A stretch of DNA of 64,000 nt from Myxococcota bacterium (GTDB taxonomy: Bacteria; Myxococcota_A; SURF-8), in contig CAXXQS010000001.1 of NCBI GenBank assembly GCA_963674735.2, positions 640,001 through 704,000 on the forward strand, written 5' to 3'. This document shows, piece by piece, positions 10,481-19,700 of the stretch; within the stretch, counting starts at the first letter, position 1, and each line of letters starts with the position of its first letter. The notes under the pieces were generated by a model. The model was given only the letters and a program-made list of their open reading frames with translations, was not told where the DNA came from and ran no database searches. Made by a program: the position numbers and the translations under genes.

Positions 10481-10776
10481 AGTCGAAACGAGGTATTGGG
10501 ATGCATGAAGATGCCAAACGGTTGCTGTCGAGGTCGCAGGTATGAATATTGCATCCAATAATATATGGAAGAATGGGAGCTAGGGTCCGACAGTATTTGT
10601 AACCAGATCGGATGTTAGGCTTGTTATTGTTAAGTAAAAACAAGGTGTTGGTGGGATTCCCGGCAGAGACACGGCGGAGGTCGTTCTGTGAGGGGTGAAA
10701 AATATTTTGAAAATACGCAAAAAATGCGAGCCGGTATGCTAGGCTTACCGCATAACCATTCCGGGCGAGGTGAGAA

Positions 10777-13700
10777 ATGAATAGCCGAGACGCCAAGACA
10801 GGGTGGCTGACGTGGGTCGTTTTATTGGGTCTGGTGTTGTCGATGATGATTATGGGCAATGCTTGGGCTGCGGGTCCTTGCGATCCCTGTGTAAACACGA
10901 CACAGTGCGGCGGTGGCTACGATTGCTGGGATTACAATAGCGGGGGGACCGCGACCTTGGTTGTCCCGTCTGGGTATAATGGGTTTTGTATGAAATCCTG
11001 CCTGTATTACGATGCCGTAGCCGAAAAATACAAGGCACGTTCCGACTCTTGGTGCACCAGTAATGCTGGGTATCCCAGCAATGAATGCAAGTATTGGGTG
11101 CCTTATGGTAGCACGGTTCCACAGGCGAAATGTCTGCCCAACGTGGCGTTCGTTACAATCGAATGTACGACCGGGAATCCGACCTATCAAGATTCATGTG
11201 AAAATGATTGGCGAACGGATTATTGCGCAATTGACGAACATTGCGTTCCGGGTACGCCACAATGCAAAAGCGACAATGAGGCGGATGCCTATGATCCAGA
11301 AACCAATCCCAATCCCTGCTCGAATGGCGAAGACGATGACCTCGACGGTTACTACGATTGTCTGGATAGTGATTGTGATGGAGCTTTGAACTGCGCAGGG
11401 AATCAGTGTGAGTCCTGTAACGACAATGCGGATTGCAGTACGGGAGACTTGGTTAGTTTTGTCTGTCATGATGACGGGTATGGAAAAGTTTGTACGCAGG
11501 AATGCGATGCTTTCACTTGCGGCCCAGGCGCGACTTGCAAGAATGTCGCCGGTCAAGATCTGTGCATTCCGGATGTTCGCGAGTATATTTGTGCCGGACA
11601 AGAGCTCCGATCGGTTAATTATTGCAATGCAAACCTTCTGGTTGATGTGTGTGATGTCGATCATATTTGCAATGAACTTCTGGGTGAATGTGAGCTCATT
11701 ACGGCACTTGAGAGTGTGTGCAACGACGGGTTTGATGACAATTTCAACGGATTGACGGATTGTGACGATCTTGGGTGCAGAGATTATCCCGACTGTCCGT
11801 CGCCCGAAGTTGTCCACCCTACGCTGCGCAGCAATCATGGGGGGGGGATTTGGCATTTTACCGCAGCCGACGATGGTACGGAAATTTCCGATTATCACTA
11901 CAATATCAGTGAGTTTATCATTGATGAAGGTGTTACGATCAACGTTTCACCTCAGAAAAAACTATATATCAAAGCAAACAAAATAACCATCAACGGTACG
12001 ATCGATGCCGACGAAGCCGGTATGCCGGGAGGAAAAGGAAGTCCGACGAAAGATGCCGGGGCTGACGGTTCCTCGCACCATTTGGGTGGAAATGCGGGTG
12101 AACAGGCCAGCGCAAACGCGGGTCGCATGGACCCTCAGGCTCTTGAATATGTCATGTTTGCGTTCGAGGAGGATGGTGCGACCTTACCCGAGGAGTTTTA
12201 CTTTGAACTCGGCGGTGGTTTCGGTACTCCCGGCGGGCAGGCTGAGCTGAATTTGGATGATGTGCCCAGCTATTGTTCGGTTGGTTGTGATTGCGGTTGG
12301 ACTGGTAGCTGTTCTTGCAACAAGGGGAGTGGTGCTGTTTGCTCCGGTGGTGGCGGTGGTGGCGGCACGGGTGGCGGTTATATGACAAATGGATGTCAAG
12401 GCAATGATGCCGCGCCTGGTTTTCAGCCGACGTCTTTAACGAGTGTTCACTGTAACGGTGGAGATGGTGGCTCGGGGGCGGAAGTAACGAGCTCTTTCAG
12501 CGACTACGATCGTTACGGCTGGCTGCTGATGGGATCCGGTGGCGCGGGTGGTGGTTCCGGGGCCGGAAACGGATCGGGAGACGGTGCTCCCGGCGGAGAC
12601 GGCGGTGGTGCCGTTGCCCTTGAAGCGACGGAGTGGATTCATCTCGGTGCCAACGCGGTCATCACCGCAAATGGTGGGTCGGGCCTTTTTACTGGAACGG
12701 CGAGTGAGCCGGATGTCCTCGATGGCGCGGCATGCGAGAATTGTGATGAAGCGACCGGCGAAGCTTGTACAAACTACTATTTCGGTGGTGGATGTGGTGG
12801 GGGTAGCGGTTCCGGCTCGGGAGGCGGGATCTTGCTGGCGGCTCCGGACGTTTCACTCAATGACGGTGCCAGTCTATCTGCCAAGGGTGGGGTTGGTCAC
12901 AATTTGAATTGGTGGCAGATGGAGATCGTCATCGATCTTTTCTTTTTCGTCATAGAGTTGGGATATATCGTTTGTGAGCCGACGAGTGGAGATATCAGCT
13001 ATGATGGCGCGGGAGGCGCGGGTGTCGTCAAGGTTTTTGATGACGACGGGGTGAATGATTTTTGTTATGGTGATGGTTGTGCCGATATCTCCGGTTGTGG
13101 TGCGGCCAATGTCGCTCCGCAGTATCACGCACTTCAGGATTTGACGGTTCGCGTTCGCTACGCAAGCGACCCCGATGGTCCCGATGTCGATACCTATCCC
13201 TACGTGGTAGATGGCATCGAGTATACAGGCACAACAACTTTATCCGTTGTGCCTGGAGGAGAGTACTCGTTTAGCGCGGCTTTGACCCATTCTTATTTGG
13301 ACGGCGATCAGACCCGCTACTCCAGTTTTGTCGAGTGGTCGCTTGACCCTTATGATCCGTTAACGCCGGAAGCCCCTCCGAAAACGACGGTTCGCGATTA
13401 CATGATCACCGACGAAAGTGTTGTCACCCTTTATGTTCTTGCCGAGACATACTATTTGTGGGATGGCAGTCGAAGCTCTGAATGGTCGGAACCGGAAAAC
13501 TGGCAGTTGTGCGCAGTCGATTCGGTGAATTGCACACCCGACTCGAACGGCTATCCGGCTTTCATCGCCCCCTGTCTTTTGCCTGGGGATATCAACAGCC
13601 ATTCGGTCAAAGTGTTGACCAATGATACAGAGGGCGGATCGTCTTATGCCAGCACCCTGTACATTACGGGAGACCTTTACTGTAAAGACATGGAAATCGG

Positions 13701-16700
13701 GCACGAAGCGAATGTGATGTTTGCGATGGATCAACCAACCGCTGTTGAGCTTGATGAGTGTCACGATTTGGTTATGCCTGAATGCGATCCGGGTGATGAG
13801 ATTGTTTGCTTCGACAATGCTTTTGTGTGCAGCGGGTTTGGCCAGTGCGTCAATTCGTGTACCGAAGATTGGCAATGCATGCTCATTCAACCGAATGCGG
13901 TTTGCGATTCGAATGTTTGCACCATTCCTCTCGACCAAAGATGCTATGGCGGCGAGTTCAGTTGTGTCGACAGCCAATGCGTCAACACTTGCTCCTCGGA
14001 TTCTCAGTGCCAGGCGGCCAATCCCAAATACACCTGTGAGGGGAGTACCTGTGTTTACAATCCGGCGAGTGAAGGGGCTTCCAACCTGACGATTGGTGGC
14101 ACTTTCGTCGTACGTGGCGACCTCGGAGGTGAATCCGACGATCCGATTGAAGGAAATGTCATCACGGTAAACGGCAATACTCAGCTTGGTCCGCTTGAGG
14201 GACAACTTGGCTTGGCGCAACTTTACCTGAACAATGCAACCATTGTTGCCAACGGAAATCTGGTTGTGACGAACCGCGCCCGTATTTATCGAGAAAATGC
14301 AGTCGGCGACACGGATGCGGCGATCCAAGTCGGAGGTGGTCTTGTCGATGATCCGGGAACGGCGCAATTGGAAGCGACGCTGATCGATTTCCGTTCACAA
14401 GATTACGATGCCGGTCTGTTCCGCATTCAACTGGCGGGAGCCGATCGAAACGTACAGTTGGAGTCGAGTTTCGGACCTATCATCGACGAACAGATTTCGG
14501 AAAGAAATTTAGGTGTTTTGGATGTTGCCCGAGGTGTTTTGCATATCGGCGGTAATACCGTAACATTAAGTGAATCCCTACAGGTCGGTGCGGAAGGCAA
14601 GGTGGTTCTCGGGGCAAGTTCCAGTCTGCGAGTTATTGGTAACGGTGACCTGGCCACGGCGAAGCCCATCGTGCTTAGTGACCGTGGGGCGCTTTCGGAT
14701 GCAATCGTCAGTGATGGTGGCTCTTTATGGGTCGGACCGTTCAATTATAACTATGCAATCAGTGTTCCTGCCGCACATGCCAGTGTTATCGACTTCGGCG
14801 TCAACGCCCGGGTCACGTTGAACGAAGGAACATTTTTCTATATCGATAACCTGGAAAAATGTACCGGCTGGGATTTGGATCTCGATCAGGCTGCCTATCT
14901 GGTCGCCGATCAAACTCGGTTTGAAATCGACAACGATCTGACGATCACTTCGCCGGGACTTCTGAATGTAACGGATTGTGAGTTTAATGCCGGTGCCGGT
15001 TACCAGGAATTTGACCCAAGCAACCCGGTGACGTGTCAGTCCGGTGAAATTCAACGTCCGGGTGACTTTACGGTAACGGATCCGAGTTCAACGTGTACAG
15101 AGCAGACTTGTAGCATCGATGCCGCGACCGAAATCGAGTTCCCCGGTTTTGCTTTCTCAACGATGGGGGAGTTTGAAGATATCGGCGGAAAACTGGTGCC
15201 GACCAGTGATGGTGCCGAGATTGGCGGCAACGCGGCTTTCGATGAGTTGCGGGTCAATGTGGACTTGGTCATCCCATCCGGTGCAAGCCCGATTTTCGAG
15301 GATCTCGTTTACGTCCAGAATGACGGCAAACTGGAGGTTCGTCCGGGCGGCGTACTGCGTTTCGGTAATGATGCCGTGATGGAAGTCTGGGGCGAGCTGG
15401 ATATGCGGGGCACTTACGTAAGTGACACCGACATCACGTATGCGATGTTGTCACATCGTCTGGATGATGAGACGTCGACTTACACGGTGAATATTGAGCT
15501 GGGAGGAACGATCAAGGCTAGCTATGCCATCTTCGAATATATGGGAGTCACGGGGCTGACGGTCAAAGATGGAGCGACGGTCGATGTAACCGATAACTTC
15601 AGCCACTGTCGGTTCCGTTATAGCTATCATCCTAGTAGTTACAGGATGCTGGCTATTGATAATAGCCAGGAACTTATCATTGATGGTGCGCGGTTTATTT
15701 CGAACGTACATCCCAGTAGCTTTGGTGGGTTGCATAACGCTGCCAAACAATACGATCAGGGTGTGCTCGTGTTCATCAATGAGCGCTGCGATCCTGACAA
15801 TGTTCCGATGGATAACCTTGACTGTGTCGGCGGGGACAACTGGGATATCAGCGGGGAACTCTACGATCAAGAAAGTTATGTCGGCGTACGGCTGGAGCGG
15901 ATTTATTGGACGCCCGGTTTGTCGGTTTCCGATTACAAAGCGGTTGTTTACGATCGCTATGCGCCGCTGAATTCTGAAAAGAGCTATATCCTGTTTGGAA
16001 TCGAAAACATCAATAACCCGACGAGTACGGAGTATTGCATCAAAGACAACCTGACCGACGTGATCCTGGGATCGGATTACCGACTGTCGGCTGCGACTTG
16101 TGATGCGAATTGGGGAAATAAGGAATTCTGGGGCGGTGGCGGTGGAGTTATGATCGAAGTGCCGGATCGGTCCAGCTTCCAATTTGCGGCTAAGTCGCGC
16201 CTGGTTATCGAAAATGATGTGGGGGGTCCTCTTTATACTTATCCCGCGAGTGACTGGGTGGTTTCGGATGCAACGGTTGGTCCGACCGGCGATCGTACGC
16301 CATCGGACCCGACTGCGGCTGCCGCGGTTATCGCCACTCCGCAAACCATCGATCCGGAAGATCGCAACATTGGTCTGGCTTGGGGATTGCTGGGCGACCC
16401 CGGAGCGGGTGAAGATTCCACGTGGGATGTCAAGTTTGCCGCTTTGCGCGGAGTGGGCCCCAATAGCCTTGGGGATATGGCCGGATTGCCGAATCATGGT
16501 CACGTGCTGGCGGATGTCCCGTCAGATTTCACTCCCGTCAAAGGCTTCTGGGATAACTTCGAGATGGAATACGAAGGTGCTCCGCCTTGGCAATATTCTC
16601 CTCAATGCGCTTGGACGCGGGAGAATTCCGTTCTCAAGGGAGAAAATCCCGGACAGAGCGGCTGTGCCGAAGGCGAATACTATTCGCGAATTTTGTTCAA

Positions 16701-19700
16701 ACCACCAAACGATGTCATCGAGTACTACGATGAGCTTGCCGGTGGTTATGTGATGACATTCGACCTGAAACGCACCGGTGGTAGCGGCGGTCCTGAAGTC
16801 ACGTTTCTTCTGGATACGGATTACACGGGTGATCCGGAAGATGTGGTCAATCCCACTGCAGCTCGCTGGCAGATCGGTGTTATGGACGACCAACTGGTTC
16901 CGAAGTCCAAATTGTTCCACTCGGGGGATGCCGCATCCAATATCGAAGATTTCTCCCTGGTATCGGATCGTTGGTATCAAGTTATGATCTATGTTTATCA
17001 CATCGATGATGTGACGAACGGATCCGTGCATATGGCGCGTGGTTATGTGAATGGGCAGCGTTTGTGGGAGATTGATCTCTCAAGCGGCGTAACCGGAAAT
17101 GCCGCTGCCAACCTGAACTGGTTCGGTTTCATGCTGCATGATTCCGAGGTCGAAATCGACAACCTCATGGTTGCTCCGCTGCTCGATCCCGTGCAGGGGA
17201 CTGTCGATGTCGGAAACGGTCCGGAGACGCGTTGGACCTTTACGGATGATGACGCGAAGGATCTGGCTTCGCCTATTACCCCGGATTTCACGTTCAGCGA
17301 CATTACGGCGATTGGCGGTGAGGCTATCCAGGTGACGGTGGTTGAGCCTGATGCGGCCGATGGAAACAATGCGACCTATAAAGACCAGGGCAGTGCTTAT
17401 TTCTACTATGTCCTGGGGTTCGATAGTGAAGGAAATGTGAGTAATTACGTCCGAAATCCCGGCTTTGAAGGATTGAACGTCGATGTCTGGCAGGGAACCG
17501 GACCGGATGACGATCCGTTGCGTCCCTATTTCGACGAAACCGAGGGCGTGTTGGCCGAGGCTCTGGAAGGTCGTTGGCTGGGAACGATAGCGCTGCCTTT
17601 CAGCAAGTCCGTAACGATGATGGGCGTACAAAACATCCAAGCCCCATACGTAGCTGAAAGCATGATGCCGGGTAGTTCGATCCTGCGATTCCAGCGCTAT
17701 TTCAAGATCAACGATTATACCGATGGTTCGGTTTTCCCGGCGACTTTCACAGTCAACTTTGCCGATGCTTCGTCGAGTACGGCGGTTGGAATGGAGTTTG
17801 CGTCCGTGACGGATGGCTGGCTGATCGATACCGCTCGGATGCAGCTTGATCAGACCGATCAGGTGGCATCGCTTCAGGTGTTCTCGCAACCGTCGGGTGC
17901 GACCCCCAACTACGAATTATCTCTCGATCAAGCGCGTCTGGACGTGATTACCGGGCAGGCCATGTGGGCGGGGTATAATTACACCCAGATAGAATACAAT
18001 GCGGAGTTTTTGGGCGGGAAGTGCGATTTTGCCGAGTTGAAAGTCGACGACGGCGAGGGCGGTTGGAAATGGCCCGAAAGTGGAACGGTGACGGATAACT
18101 GGGTTTTCCAGACCGCCAACGAACGGCGTTTCTATCGTATCCGTTCTTGCGATGCAACCGGTGGCGAAGACGATAACTGCGGAGACTGGCGAGGAGGCCA
18201 TACCTGCAACAGCGACGCCGAATGTGTTGCGCTCAACAAGGATTATATCAAGTGTGTGGACTTTGACGGCCACAACTACTGTGCCCGCTGTGTCGATGCC
18301 GGTTGTTCGACGCCCCAGGATTGCGTGCCGGGCGTCGAGGTTTATTCGTCGGCCGTTCCGCCTGCGAACCCGTTGCTTGCGACCAAAAACACCGATTTCA
18401 GCACATTCCAGAATGCGGATCCCGATGGCAACGCTTTGGTGTTGGCTTGGGATAACGGTGCCGGAACACTTAAAAACTCGACGGGTACCGAATATCAAAT
18501 TCGAGGTTTATCGGCGGAAAACGCGGCCGAGTGCTCGTCCTGTAATCCTTACGAGGAAACCTGCAGTACTTCCGTGCGCGTAGAAAACTACTGGAATCCG
18601 ATTTCGGAATCGTTTACGGCCAATGCGTCGGAAGATGCCACGTGGTCGATGTTCGAAATCAATATGGTTAAGCGTAAAAGCGCGGGACGTATGCGTAATA
18701 CGGGATCCAACCCCAACAACCTCGATCCGCAGCGCTTCTACTGCTTCCAGGTACGGGCGCAAAACCATAACGCTCAGCCGACGGCCTGGACGGCTATCAG
18801 TAACGCGGTTCAACCTCCGGCACGCCCCGTGGTCGATCTGCTTTCGGTCAGCGTGAAATACGGGCAGAATCCGGCCGGTTACGATGCGGATAGTCCTTTC
18901 GCGATGTCGACCGATGGGTCGACCTACCAGGAAGTTTCCTTTGTCGTAACGGACCCCAACAATGTCGGGACATACAGCGATCTCGATGTCGTCGGATTCC
19001 GTGTTTTGCCACACGGCGATTATGACCTGACCTATATGAACGGCAACCTCTATTCCCATATGCAACGTGGCGATTTCCGGGCGATGTACACCGGAAGTCA
19101 TGATTTGCATGCAAGTAGTAGCTGGGAATTCCTGATCGAAGCGGGCAAGGAGAACATCAACGGAAACCAGGCGGTCGACCTGCTGGAGACCGGAGTCGAT
19201 GCCTCTTTCGCAGCCGAAGTCTCGGCGGGGAACCTGGTGAACGGGGTGCGCTTTACGTTCCGCTGGACTTTGGACGAGAACTACCCGAGCGGCTATGAAA
19301 CCGATCAGGATCAGGGTTTCATGATCAAGGTCGCCGATACCGAGGGCATCGTCACAGACTGGAACGTCAACGAAGTCGGTAGTTGTGAAAAGGTGTTCCA
19401 TACCTCCTATACGCCGCCCACTCCGGTATTGGCTTCGCACGGTTCGCCCACCGTTTGGATCAATTCCGTCGAACCGCAATTGGTGGTTCTTGGAAACCTC
19501 GATTACGATCGGCTCGATCATGTCAACCTGTCGACGGTCTGTGCGGCCTTTACGGACGATCAAGGCAACCCGGACCCGGTGTGTAACGAATGGGGACTGA
19601 CGGGTCCAAGGGCCGGTTGGTACAACTGCATCGATGCGGATGCCGATTCACGCGATGAAGTGGATTACCAGGTCGAAATCTGGAAGGGTGAGGTCTCGGA

